DNA of 63,573 nt, counting the filler, from Bigelowiella natans CCMP2755 (taxonomy: Eukaryota; Protista; Cercozoa), in the NCBI GenBank assembly GCA_000320545.1. It is 6 parts of 6 records of this genome, joined end to end, with 100 filler letters (N's around TTAATTAATTAA, not from the genome) between each part and the next. Parts side by side here need not be neighbours in the genome. Positions count along the whole stretch, not along the records: positions 20,695 to 47,856 come from ADNK01002272.1; positions 47,957 to 61,124 come from ADNK01001405.1; 4 more parts are not named here. One strand, given 5' to 3'. The position numbers were made by a program, and so were the translations under genes. The notes beneath the pieces were generated by a model. That model was not told where the DNA came from and ran no database searches. It was given only the letters and a program-made list of their open reading frames with translations. This document shows, in pieces, positions 38,620 to 53,121 of the stretch (its first letter is position 1; each line of letters begins with the position of its first letter).

Positions 38620-39900
38620 GTCCGCGCGCTAGCTAGTCAAGTTCCAGATGAGTGGCCATGGTGTTCTCATCCCTTCACGCAGCCTTGGAGTGTGCCTCTG
38701 ATGGGTTGCAGCTGATTTTTTGTGTCTCTTCACCAACAGGGTGCTGACAAGTCCTTGCAACGAGTGTGTTGAGGCTCTGCTGCGTGCAAATGCCTGTCTC
38801 CCATGTGGTTCTGGCGCGTGTGGTTTTTGATCAACGCTTTGTTCATTGTTCATTGTTCATTGTTCCGATTACGTGGCCGGCGGATGCAATGGACATGCGC
38901 ATGTGTGACATGTCACATGTTCTTTGTTCATGGTGGATGTGGCACAAACCCTTCTAGGAGGTTTTTTTGATTGGGGACGATGGGAATGAGGCATCGAGTC
39001 TCGTGGTGATTTCGACCGCTCCAACGGAAACACTTCTTTCGATTTTTCTTTCGCTTTCTTTCTTGGGCACGCTGCCTGCTAGCCTACTGGCTGGCCCTGT
39101 GTTGCGGTTGACATTGAATTCTCTGTGGAGTTTTTCATTGCTGTGATTCTTTCTAGCTTTCTCTAGTTCTAGCTTTGTCCAACTTGTCTAGTTGTGTTCA
39201 ACTTGGACACAAATTGGCTTCCAAGTCTTCGTGCTCTTCAATTGACTGCAGCTGACTTTCGTGATACATTGCACTCTTTGCTTCGTCACCATTCATCATT
39301 TGCGCAAAACTGAAAAACGTCAAATTTCAGAGATGTGTCCAGGCTAGCAGGCACACGATGCAAATTGTTGCCAACATCCAGAAGTTCGTGTTGAGATCGA
39401 GAAAGTTCGATCAAACAGCTACCGCGTGCATGGTCAGATCTAGAGAATTTTCATCACGCTGCCGTCCCCACTAGTCCTGCTAGCCGTTGCGCTATATGCA
39501 CATTAGCAACGCATTCAAATGCAACAGCAAAATGTCTAGATGTGCACTGGCTAGCTAGCTAGCAAGTGCAAAGAAAAGATGTGAGTCATTCTATCTAGCA
39601 CATTGCGCAGAGCTCTAGAGCTAGCTAGCTAGCTAGCTAGAAGGCTCAAAAAGGCTCTGCGCTGCGCGATTACGCGCGTACGGACACGTGCGGTAGTGCA
39701 CACATAATCCCTTGTGGGTTCAAGTAGCTCAGTCTGAGTGCGGCTCAAATCTGGAAAGTCACATTTTAGTGTTTGACACATGCTGGCATGGGGCATTCTG
39801 AAGTTCATTTGTGAATGGCAATGCACACATTTTGCCATGACCATTTTGCATGATCTAGTGATTGTGAACACTAGAAAACAGCATCGGCTTAGAACTATGA
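38620..39900. other. TpA-depleted island 5
   Basis: Bracketed by gctagctag (~38628) and (GCTA)n (~39550, ~39615); long TA-free runs; residual TA largely CTAG. Confidence 0.85.
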
Positions 39901-40439
39901 GCTACAAACTAAACTCGAGGCAACAAACTTCATGTGATGCAAAGTTGTAGTTCATATAATTAATTACGGCTTCCATACAACCAATATCGATCGACAAGCA
40001 TGCATCTCATGCATAAAATTGTTTGAACGGCTTGGTCAGACACAAATACACACTAACGTATCAACAAGTGAAAAACCGCAACCTAGTCCTGTCACGACCA
40101 ACGGAGATAGCTAAGATTCGCTAAGCATCTAATGACATTGTATCCGTATTGTGAAACAGGTGTGGGAAACCCCGAACTACTCACTTCCGTTTTTCAACTG
40201 AGAGCAGTGATGTTTTCTCATCAGGGCGTGCTTTCGCTTTGGGGCTCGAATTGTTAAAACTAACGTCCGCTTCGCGAGGTGAATTTTCGGGACTCACGCC
40301 GTTTGACAACCCACGGTTCTAGGACAAAACAGAACAATGGAAAATACAGAATATGAAAACTTAGCAGCAAAACAAACGTGCATTTCAAACGAAATAGCAA
40401 ATGCACATGCAGAAGCAGCTGATCAATGAACAATGAGCA

Positions 40440-40678
40440 AGGCATTGATACCAAACTACAGACATTTAAGGGCGCTCACCTTGTGGACGAGCATCCATTC
40501 TGGAAGGGCTTCGTTGGGATTTGCATCCGGCACCAAGAATGGAACGGTAAACACGTGAGTCGCATTGGAGATCTGAAATATCGAATTCCGCGTTTATGAC
40601 CAAACTTATCACGACGACTGCTGCTTATAACGATGGGTCTAATCGAGATATCTATGCATTTCTCTGTGCTACTAACAC

Positions 40679-40715
<37 letters not shown>

Positions 40716-41591
40716 TACATATATACTGATGTACAATGATACATTTGTGTTCTCTATTTATTTGATGAAAAAGATTAAAAAGAAAGATAAACAGCCCCGT
40801 GCTACCACTACTACTAGTAAACGACAAACACATCAAATCTCAGTCTCAAACCCATGTATTACGCAAATATGTACTACCGCGGCAAGCAAGGCGGCAATCC
40901 ATAAATTATCAAACTGGTGCCCTGTGAGACACGTAAATACCTCAGGGAAAACGCGAAAAACGGTCCTATTAAGCTATCTCTCGACGAGATGGCCATAACA
41001 CATGGTACAGCTCACAATATTCTCAAAAGTGCATTTCTTACAGTCCAAAAATTCTACAATTTGCTTCGAATAATTTGCTTCTAAAATGCGAAGTGGAGGA
41101 GGCTCTCCCACCTTCATTTTCCCGGCCTTTTGGGTGTATATCTAGCCAATGCAGCACCAGCGCGCCGTTGTACTTTGCTGTGAAAATCCAAAGCAAGAAT
41201 AAGTGAATAAATCGCAAAGTAAAGGCGGACACGCAGCCGAGTATAACTCACGCAGCAGCAGCAGCAGCAGTAAACACAACGATCGTTCTTGATTATACTG
41301 AACGCATGTGCCTCCGCCATCCTAGCACTTTCTTTTGAATCGGGCTGTACTCCTCTCTCATTCAATCTGTCGGCAATTCGAAAGCACTCACAGATTGCAG
41401 CTCCTAAGGCGACATTGGCTGCGAGAATCGAGTACACGGTAGCCCTTCTCCCTTTCGGGCACAGCCTCGAAACCTTGCAATTGTGATTTAGAAACATGAT
41501 CAGGAAATCAAGGAAGGGGGGGGGGGGGGCATGTTTGGAAGGAGACGTATAGAGCATTTATTGCGCGAAATATAAGTCAATGTGTACTGTT

Positions 41592-41633
<42 letters not shown>

Positions 41634-42129
41634 AAACACACACACATGTATGCAAGCCGTGTATAAACGTATAGCCTACCAGCAATATTGAAGGCATTAA
41701 GTTGAGTTGGCCAATCAAACCATCAAACTGATAGGAAAGTCATCATCATCGCATGTATATGGATAAAAAAACACCAACAACTCACACCAACACACACATA
41801 CACGCAGTGAGAGAGAGGGAGAGAGAAAAGACCATTGAAAAAGATAACAGTAAACAAACGATTAACATCTGAATATCGAATGGGAAAACACACACACAGT
41901 TTCAGGGAGAAAGTAGTCGGAGAACTCTCTTTCGCTAAGAACATCATTCCTTCTGCGATCAATGCAATACCGCTCGCACTGCCATCACGAAGACCCCGTC
42001 AGGGATATGGAAGTACTTTATGTTCCTTAAGGTATTTTAAAAAAATAAGCCAGTGTTCTCAAAGTAGCATGGAACACTTATGCTATTAGATGCATCTCTC
42101 CCTCTCTCTCTCTCCCTCTCTCTTTCTCT

Positions 42130-42167
<38 letters not shown>

Positions 42168-42987
42168 ATATGCGTATTTGCTACTGGATATGCAGTATGT
42201 GCATACGAATGCAGATCGCACCAACAGAATAGAATAGTATTGCTTACAACCCACTCTGCATTTGCTTTTACAAATACCCCAACACACAGCCAGCACCATC
42301 GTCACCGCTAACTTCCCCACGCTCATCATCATCCATCATCGTCGTTTTCGTCACTGTTATGCGTGCTAACTCTCACCAGCGCAAGCAGTAAAGGACATTG
42401 CAGAAGTTGATGATTATATAAGCGAGCGTGGTTGCTACGAATATCGATCGATATCCCCATTCTTTGAAGCCTGAGCATTGGATCGTTATTATTTGTCAGG
42501 ATCTAAACCAAGGGGGGGGGAAAGGGGGGGGGGGGGGGGGGGATTTCCCTAATCTACCCGTTTCACTTAAAATTGAAAAATTGTAGTTCTTCACTAATTT
42601 ACACAGCTAAAACGGCGCAGGGAACAAGAAAGGCTCAGGAAGAAGCAAGAAGCGTTATTGCGAGAGGGGGGGATGGAGATGCAATGCCAGGAAAAAGACT
42701 ACAAGGAAAAGAGAGGAGCGGACACACCGCGAGAGGAAGAGAGAGAGAGAGAGAGAAAGGAGAGAGAAAATTCATTGCATAGCGGATTAGGCATCGACTC
42801 CTCACCGCATTGATTGTACACGACCACCCCGGAGAGCCTTGATATTGAATCCACGACTCCAAAGGACAGCACGTAGAAGGCATCAGAGAAGTGGGGCCCC
42901 TCGGGGTACTGAAACGGGGGGGGAGTAGGTATTGAAACATACCCATCAACACATACACACACACACACGCACAAACTCATCTATATA

Positions 42988-43033
<46 letters not shown>

Positions 43034-43597
43034 AACATTTATACATTTATATTTACTTACATAAACAATATGCAGATATATAACATATTCCTCAGCAGCA
43101 CCTGCGACGGCCCATCGGTGAAGAAGTAAAAATATACGCCGGAGAGTGATATCTGGCAAGCCTGGTATTGATAGTGCAAAGCAAAGGGACAACCGTATTC
43201 AGCGCGTAAAGGATGAAAATACAATATATCTTCCATAGATGCCGAGAAAACCGTCACTGATTTCATTAAAAAAACAAAGATCCTGCTCCTAACTCCTCTC
43301 CCCCCCCCCCCCTCCCTTCTCATCCCCTTACTAAATTCCCCATTGTCTTACTTGGACGAGGAGGGGGTACGTGGCCACATTAGCGATTACTCGAGGAGTG
43401 AAATAGCGGAATCTGAAGAGAGGAAAATTACCCAACAATAGAGATAATAAAAGAGGGAAGGAAGGGGAGGGGGGGGGGGGGGGTTGGCAACATGAGTGCG
43501 AGTTAGTGAGTAAGGCGAGAGGTTAAGAAAAACGAATGCATGCTGAATCCATACTTTCTCATTTTCAATACGATATAATCATATACACTGTATGAAT

Positions 43598-43634
<37 letters not shown>

Positions 43635-45249
43635 GTACATAACTACGCAAATTGCGCTCCCTACTCATGCAAAACTATCACAACGCAGCCATCGACTACA
43701 AAGACTCTCAGTCAAAGGTTAAATAATATAACAATAACTACTACTACCTCTATTATTATCATTGCAACTACTACCACACTACTACTACTGCTACTACTAC
43801 TACCCCATGATCTCCATGACCGCTACACCCAAGGCGACGATGAAATTTCCTCTAGGATCTCTGCAAGAAGTGCCGGCCCCCACCACCACCACCACCACCG
43901 TCATCATTATCATCACCACAACGAGACAAAGTATCAATGCGCTTTAGAGAAGAAATTGTGGAGCGAGCTGACCTGTTCAGGACTCCAAAGAAAGCCAACA
44001 CAACGGAGAGGAATGTAATCCAACACGCCAGCAGCAAGTACCTTGTTTTAATCAGTCGGAGAGCAAACGAGGAGGAGGCACGGGAGGGGGAGGGGGGGGG
44101 AGAAGAAGTGACGGAGATGCTAAAAAGGATTCAAAAGCCTCAATAGGCAGCGCTATATTGTAGAGATACTCATGTTGTATATTATACGTATATATATATA
44201 TATATATATCTATTTATATATAAAGTCCATAATTCACGCCAATTCTCTCCCTCCCATCTCCTCTTCTTTAAAGTGTAAAAAAAACGATTTTATATTCTCT
44301 CTCTCCCCCCCCCCCCCTTGGAAAAACGTGCTGCTACTACTGGTGACTACATCGCCCTCCAATGGCCTACCTCCGAGCTCCTTTCTTCCTAAAGGCCTCC
44401 TTAGCGAAAGCAAACATCTTTCCTCCGCTCGCATCACTTAATTCATAATATATAAAAAGTAAGGATTTGAATGCCTTCAGTAAGTAGTGTTACCAAGCAG
44501 AACAAAAAGGAATACTTTCACCTCACACACACACACACACACACAAGCACGCACACACACACACACACGTACAAAAATATTTTGCATATATACATTTGCA
44601 GCTTATTTGTTCATTATTTCATTTATCACATAGATTATGCTTAAAGATCTGCTCTGCGTTTTGAAAAAGTTAAAAAAATCAACTAGAAAAATCACCAAGA
44701 TCCTCCTCCCCCCATCCCCCTCCCCCCCCCCCTCCCGTCACTCACAAGTCGTCTCCGATGAAGTTGAAGAGGGCTGGAATCAATGTACTCGCCGCAATGA
44801 CAAAGCTAAGTCGAAACAGCCATCTCGTCCCTGTGCGTCAAACAAGAGGAGAACGATATTAGGAAGAGGGGGAGGGGGGGGGATAGAGGAAAATCATTGA
44901 GAAACAGGCCCATACGCGCAAGGGCGAGAAGAGGCGGGGAGCTATAACATAGTTTCTTGTCAAATAAATTTGCCGATATGATACGCGTTGTGCAAGATAA
45001 TAATGCAGTCAAAACACGCATTCTCTTAAGTTTCTCCAAAGCGTTCTTACGAATCCCTCTTTAAAGCACACTTCTAAGAGATGTTTTTCAAGCTGATATA
45101 GGCTGAAGCAGCACCTATGTGAGCTACTGAGACACCGATGCTCACGATTGCTATTCCTGACAAACCTGATGAAGAGAGGGGGGGGGGGGGAATCTCATGT
45201 TGCGTCGTTTCCTCTACGATTTCGTTATGAAATTGAAGTGCGCGCACGC

Positions 45250-45306
<57 letters not shown>

Positions 45307-45513
45307 AGAGAGAGCGAGGGGGAGAGAGAATCATGCAGACGCGCTGGTCATCACACAATGCAACCCGCCCAGTTGAAAGCTGGGAAGTGCTGCAGAGCGC
45401 GCCGGCACGCGGCACCCACAGCAGCTGCATGCATGCGACAGGGAACGCTGCTCACCGTCCGACCAAACGTCGTGAATGATATCAAATCACTTCCGTACTT
45501 TGGCATATCCTAC

Positions 45514-45557
<44 letters not shown>

Positions 45558-45904
45558 TTGTTATATCATGGAAGTTGGAAGCGGGTCACAAATGTTGTGT
45601 TAATGTGGTATTTAGAAGTAGGAAAAGGGGGGGGGGGGGGGTGGGGGGTTGTTAGGACACAACTTCAGCATAAGATGTGTGTATTGTTTTGTGTTGTTTG
45701 TGCTTGCTAGGATTGTTTGGGTTATTAGTGCCTGGATTTTCTGGCTATTCTTCGCATCAACTAGCACATTGCAGAAGGTGAGGTGGATGAGCATGGCCTT
45801 TGGTGTATTGGTAAACATCACAAAGAAAGCGCCCCGCCGGTGTTTAGTTACGCGACAGCATTGCGCATTGTCAAACTTATAATATAGTATGCATCTTTAA
45901 TACA

Positions 45905-45942
<38 letters not shown>

Positions 45943-46110
45943 TAGAGATGTGATAAAGGACAAAGAGCAAATATAAAGGTAGGCAGACTGTAATCGGTGA
46001 TGCGCTTTCACTCGTTTTTCCCATCTATTTTCTCGCTCATTTCATCACTACCACAAAGCAGGCCATAACCATCTCCATAGATACAGAGCCAACAGGGGCT
46101 AGACCTGGGA
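40440..46110 (-). CDS. Multi-exon, multi-pass membrane protein gene(s) of unknown function
   Basis: Many short GT-AG exons with hydrophobic segments (LLACWITFLSVVLAFFGVL, WLFRLSFVIAASTLIPALFNFIG, GIAIVSIGVSVAHIG, FLLWIFTAKYNGALVLHWL). Boundaries and number of genes unresolved. Confidence 0.4.
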
Positions 46111-46808
46111 AAATGTGTATAGTTATGATATGCATATGGTAATTTAAACATTATTAAAGGTTTTGTTTTCATGTGAATGTAAAACTTCGAATGGCTTGTT
46201 TTTGGTTCAGAAATATAACTTATTTTTTTGGTTTCTTGTTTCTTTTTTCCGTTCTTTTGAAATCGGTCTAAAACCAAAGGCAACTTGCATGATTTTCCTC
46301 TCTGGTGCTCACCGATGCAGGCATAGGCGACGACTGCCAACGGCGTGCTGCATACGGGGAAGAGGGGAAGGGGGGGGGGGAAGGGGGGGTACAAATACAA
46401 ATCAATATTGCTTTATTATTATATTCTATATGAAGGCAGCAGCTGCATATGTGCATTTGTCTTTGGAGCTGCGTTTTTCCAGGGTGCGAAGAAGATTGAG
46501 CGAGCAAAGAAACCAGCCGTTTGCGCTCTCTCACCTTATCACAATCCATGGGATTTTACGAAATCCGAAGATCCGAAACGAATCCGAGGCTGCGTGGTAT
46601 GGTTGGAGGGGTCGCGCGTGAGAAGATTACGGGTGAGACGAAGAAGAAGAGGAAGGAGAAGAAGAAAAAGAAGAGGAGGAAGATAAAGGAGAAGAAAAAG
46701 AAGATAAAGAAGATAAAGGGAAAGACATGTCCGAAACTAGTACACCCGTAAGATGTTTGATTGTCTTCAAGAATATATTATTCGTGTAGAAATAAGTGTA
46801 TACTTTTA

Positions 46809-46845
<37 letters not shown>

Positions 46846-46913
46846 TGATGGATTGATGGGGTCAGCGGGATCAACATCGATGCTGTCGTTGTTTCTTATC
46901 ATCATTGCAATCA

Positions 46914-46958
<45 letters not shown>

Positions 46959-47139
46959 TCTCTTTCTCTCTTTCTTTCTCTCTTTGAATCGTTGTCATTC
47001 ATCGTCTTTATTGTGCACTGACCTATACCCATTAGACCCCTCGCGCACAATGGGAGGAAGACCACGGCCTGATACGTCTAAACACAGGTTGTAAAATACG
47101 TGAAGAAACGCTCAAATACACACGCATACGCACAGACTC

Positions 47140-47189
<50 letters not shown>

Positions 47190-47266
47190 ACATACACATA
47201 CACACACACAAACACATAAACACACACAGACTCATAAACACATTTTTTCTCTCTCTCGCACACACA

Positions 47267-47300
<34 letters not shown>

Positions 47301-47785
47301 GAATTCGACAATAGGATTCTCGAAAGAAATACAAAAAAAACGTAGCTGTTGTGCTAGGATGAACTATACTTGAAGTCTCCCAGCGGATACGCCATAATCC
47401 CTGAAGATAACGGCAGAATGACATTGGTGATGGCGATGATGATGGTGATGACGATGATGATGGTGATGATGATGCTGCTGATCATGATGCTCTTGATGAA
47501 GATGATGATGATGATGAACATCTCTTAGCTTCGTAATATATACACACTACGCCAAAGGAAATGCGAATTCGCACGCGCTATCGTGCGTGTGCTTTTGTGT
47601 GTGTGTATGTGTGTGTGTGTGTGTGTGTGTGTTGGATCTTGTATTATACACAACGATTCGCACATTCCGCATTACCTGAGATAAAACTTAATAGAAATCT
47701 TGAGCGCCCTCGAAACGAAACCATCCTTTCAAAGGGAGGGCAGTCAATCAATGATGCAAATCGATGATAGAAAATGTGATTTAGG

Positions 47786-47851
<66 letters not shown>

Positions 47852-47956
47852 CTAAANNNNNNNNNNNNNNNNNNNNNNNNNNNNNNNNNNNNNNNNNNNN
47901 TTAATTAATTAANNNNNNNNNNNNNNNNNNNNNNNNNNNNNNNNNNNNNNNNNNNN

Positions 47957-48516
47957 TAGACCAAGACGGTAAAGCGTGTGTGATGAGGGTGCACGTTGGG
48001 AGAGGAGGGTGGCCGATGAAGAAGCTACTATGGATGATGACGACGACGACGACGAGGAGGCAGCCTCAATGGAAGTTGTGGCGATGTGTGATGCCGCCAG
48101 GGTTGTGATACGATATCACCGATGCAGCTGGCGCTCCAAGCACAATGTACACCACCACCGAATGTGTCTTGTCCTGAGAGGAGGACGAGGAGGAGGAGAG
48201 GGGGGTGGAGGTGACCGCTGCTTGTTCTCTCAATGTCTTTTCCTCCTGGATTTTGACGCGAGCAAGCGCGTTGGCTTGAGTTTCGCGGGTCTTGTTGTTG
48301 CTGCTATACGTTGAGAGCCCGGAGAGCTGCGAGGGCGGGATGCTGTGGTTGAACGAGTCTGACACCGCGAAGTCGCCCAGTACCCTCCTGGCAACAACAA
48401 CAAAGATGTGACAACACAAAGATAGGAGGGAAGTGTAATCTATATACGTATTTAGCATGTTTCGCATCATCATGTGCAGCAAGCTACATATGTCTATGGG
48501 GGATCATGTGCCGTTC
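47957..48516. repeat. ~560-bp near-identical duplicate of 50000-50556
   Basis: Direct visual match; mismatches and indels cluster next to the gap. Confidence 0.95.
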
Positions 48517-48599
48517 CGCACGCTCGCTCTTATCCCCCCCCCCCCCCCCCCCCCCCCTCCCCAACACACACAAATAAATTAAAAAAAAACATCACGGCA

Positions 48600-48741
48600 C
48601 CTAAGTGATTGTTCGGATGGAAGTCGGAAGGGAGCGTTGGCCAGAACGGAAAGCATATCGTACACGCTCTGATAGGTTGCGATTCATGACGACGTACGTT
48701 TATTTGGACGTTATAGTTGGTCACACGTACAAACACACACG

Positions 48742-48797
<56 letters not shown>

Positions 48798-48821
48798 TTA
48801 TATGTATAATATATATATATT

Positions 48822-48860
<39 letters not shown>

Positions 48861-49065
48861 CTAAAATTCTAATATTCTGGAGACGTGTATCAAGCATCGA
48901 ACATAGCTAAAAATCAGTAAGTGTTTGTGCTGTGATCGTGATTGTAGTTTCCCATCCTCTCTCGCGGCTATGATTACCTGTATGGTCTTGGCAGGTTCTC
49001 TTGCAACAGCAAGGATTTTCGCGCTTGGGTTCAACTCTCGAAAGTATCTAAAGATGGGAGCCGCG

Positions 49066-49101
<36 letters not shown>

Positions 49102-50608
49102 TGATTATACACAGAAAAACATACAACACACACGAACGGGGAAAGAGGTAATATCAAAGGGGGGAGATAGCGATACAAATTCAGCCGACTCAAATATCGT
49201 TTGTTTTCGCCGCTGTACGGCTGTGCAGCAGGCAAGGAGTCGCAATTTCTCCTAGTGTCATAGCAGGTGCATCGCATCGCATTTTTTTCTTCACAGATCT
49301 GCTTCTTCTTCCTCCTCCTCTTGCTCTCACTTGGTAACGTCCCGGAATAACTGCCGATTTGCGCCACCAATTTCGTCGCCTATCAAGAAAATATGGAAGG
49401 AGCACCTGCTCAGTGACACCTTTCATCACTTCCACTGCTCACTTTTTTGTCAAGATGCATTCTGAAACAATTTTCTCGCCTTAAAAATTTCGTGCACAAA
49501 CCGAAGACAGCGAGGACGTTGGAAAACCCCGCGAGGCACTGCGTGTTGACCTGAATCAAATCGCACATCCTTAGAGGGAACGAAGAAGATAGGAAACACA
49601 GCTGCACGGAGCACACGACGATTTGTCAAGGAGGACACGCGGCTATAGGAGGTATTAGTAGGACAATAGCGACCCCGGTTCTTAGCATCGACTGCTGCGT
49701 ATCGTCAATGAAGACATTCTCAACATCAAAGCAGCTCACAACGCCCTCGATTCGCGCTGCCTTCCCTCTCAGCGCCGTCGTAGTTACCACGCTCACACAC
49801 GCCAACAGGTCCGAATTTGGTGGGGGGTGGTAAAAGATGACGACGGGTTGCTTTGCAGATCGCTGCTGGCCCTGCCTTTGGCTTTCCCGATCGATAATAC
49901 GCGAGATTTCTCGCGCCCCCTCTTCAAGCCCAGCTTTTGGGGAGGAGGAGGAGGAGGAGGAGGAGGAAGAGGGGGAGGAGATGGATGATGTGGAGGTGGT
50001 AGAGCAAGACGGTAAAGCGTGTGTGATGAGGTGCACGTTGGGAGAGGAGGTGGACGATGAAGAAGCTACTATGGATGATGACGACGACGACGACGAGGAG
50101 GCAGCCTCAATGGAAGTTGTGGCGATGTGTGATGCCGCCAGGGTTGTGAACGATATCACCGATGCAGCTGGCGCTCCAAGCACAATGTACACCACCACCG
50201 AATGTGTCTTGTCCTGAGAGGAGGACGAGGAGGAGGAGAGGGGGGTGGAGGTGACCGCTGCTTGTTCTCTCAATGTCTTTTCCTCCTGGATTTTGACGCG
50301 AGCAAGCGCGTTGGCTTGAGTTTCGCGGGTCTTGTTGTTGCTGCTATACGTTGAGAGCCCGGAGAGCTGCGAGGGCGGGATGCTGTGGTTGAACGAGTCT
50401 GACACCGCGAAGTCGCCCAGTACCCTCCTGGCAACAACAACAAAGATGTGACAACACAAAGATAGGAGGGAAGTGTAATCTATATACGTATTTAGCATGT
50501 TTCGCATCATCATGTGCAGCAAGCTACATATGTCTATGGGGGATCATGTGCCGTTCAGAAGGACTGTTTTTATCCTGCAACTTTGAAAAAATTGGAGGAT
50601 GTTTTGAA

Positions 50609-50643
<35 letters not shown>

Positions 50644-50646
50644 TCT

Positions 50647-50696
<50 letters not shown>

Positions 50697-51942
50697 TGTG
50701 TGTGTAAATATATGTTTTAAAACTTAACAACATTTAAGGCTGGATCATGAATCCCGCTGTCCTTGTTGCTTCCCCTTTTCTGCTTCTTGGCGAGTCATTG
50801 ACTTGTTCTTCTAGCTCCCCATCTTTATCTACTCACTTCCTCGACGAGAACACTCTATCTGTATCTTCGCTCTCAGAGCAAGGAAAGCTTCTCTCCCCGC
50901 GTAGCAGCGATGCGGTGCGCATATATTCGACCCTGATACTCGGTGCCATGTCTCGATTTTCAAGGCACTAGGAAAAAGAAGAGGTGGGGCAGGACGGCAG
51001 CATTTCATCGCTTGAGCAGGTTGTCAAAATCGACTAGCAGCTATTCCTTGCACTCTAGTCCTACATGGTAGAACAATCAAGCCCCTTGCACCCACCCGCC
51101 CACCCACACCGTGAAGAACTCACATGAAAGGAAAACAAGCACAGGCGAACCTTCTTCCACTGCGGGATGACTTTGGGCTTGATGTGGTTCTGGAAGATCG
51201 AGTAAGGGGCGCAAACCCCTATCTGCATCTGCACCTTTAAGAAAAGGATGGTGCTGACGATGACGGTGCTAGTGGTGGCGGTGGCGGTGGAGTCGGCGAC
51301 AACAAAGGCGAAACGAATGAAGCAGCTCACAAAGGGGATGAGAAAGTGACGGAATCAAATGCAGAAATTGCCCGATATCAAAAAGTGCTGGTGCATGGGA
51401 TGGGGTCCTTGTATGAGAACAAATCTCGTAGTAGTAGTGGTAGTAGTAGTAGTAGTATCCGTGGTCATCTTCTTCTTCTTATAAGAAAAGAAAAGAGCAG
51501 TACCTTTTTATTATCGTGCAGCTGGGAAAAGGGAGATGTGTTTGGCATAATTTTCACGGTCATTTCCAGCACAACTGCCCTCTCCCCCCGCACAGTGACT
51601 ATTTTCCCCGCAGTCTCCTCCTCCTCCTCATCGTTTGCACCGTAGATTTTAAGATCTGAATTGAGCGAACGTCAGGTACAGACACAAGATGTTTCTAATA
51701 ACACTTTGTAAGGAATACATTCGACCAAGAGTAAGTGCGCGCGCGTGTGTGCTAAATTTCTCATGTGTTCCATTCGGTTTATCATCATCCACGAGGTGTT
51801 ACCCGTAAGCTTTCCCAACCCGTCGATATCCGTAAAAGAAATGGCAAAATCGCCGTATCTCGAGGCAGAAATGAGCAAGCCCTCCGAGAAGTAATCCACA
51901 CGCCCTTTTTCACACACATACACACACACACACACAATTATA

Positions 51943-52003
<61 letters not shown>

Positions 52004-52759
52004 AGGGGGGGGGGGGGGGGGGGGAGAGGGAGAGCGTTTGTTTCGCCTTCTATTTCTTCTTCATGCTAAATTCAAATTACCATTTAATATGGAGGCTTCT
52101 TGCAAGGAGGTTATAATGACGTCCACCGCACGACTTAGGAGGAAGGAGGTCCCACATGCAAACATGAACAACGTGAGGAAGCATCAGCAGCTCGAAAAAT
52201 TGAAACACAATAAAACAAGATAAAATCATAGGGCGCCTCTCACGTAAAAATTCGACAAAGCTGTAGTTTTTCCTCAGCATTCGCTCTTCTGTTTGCACAC
52301 GTACCCTACACCATTATTTCTGCACCACAGGTGAAGTCCGAGAGATGTCTCCTGTGAGTGAGGAAAAGGGGGGGGGTTCTGAAATAGTCGCAATCGCTAC
52401 AAACAGAAAACAATCTGTTTTTGTGAATAGTCTTATTTGGAGCTACGTTTGGATTTGTATGCGTGCTTTCTCTCCTCTAGTTCTTATTGAGCTGCATGGT
52501 GAATTTGCCTATGAAGTAGTACCACCTGAGAAGACTTGTTGATGTGATTATTTTTGTGCTTCAATTCCCTGAGCTCTGAGACGAGCTTGCACACCTGGTA
52601 TTGCGGAAGCTACTCAGCAAGGTGGGTGAGGACCATCATCACCACCGAATAAACAAGCTAAATAGAGGGATCATAAACATACGAGCTACAGCATTTGCAA
52701 GCATACATCATGCTGCTGTGCTAGAACGAACGTTTACTTATTATTTATTTATTTATTCA

Positions 52760-52802
<43 letters not shown>

Positions 52803-53082
52803 TTCCTTGTCGCAACCTCGCTACTCGCCTCTTCCTCGTCGCCTTGACCAACATCATGCAAAGGTGATAAAAATGAAAGAGGAGGGTCGAGAAGAAACAG
52901 TAACAACGAACAAATTCATTCGTCAACGATGCAGTCTTCAATGTGCAATAATGCTTCGATATACCACCGTCAAAATGTAAACGAGAACGAACATGAGGAA
53001 AAAAAAGCTCAGAAATTTTTTGCCGCGTAGGCCCAGAAGGAGGGGGAGGAGAAGATAAGCAAATCGCATTGTACACCGCACA

Positions 53083-53121
<39 letters not shown>

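Noticed and set aside
47957-48516. Apparent internal exon duplication in the DNAAF9-like gene
   Set aside because: Abuts a gap and differences cluster at the contig end; most likely an assembly or haplotype artefact.
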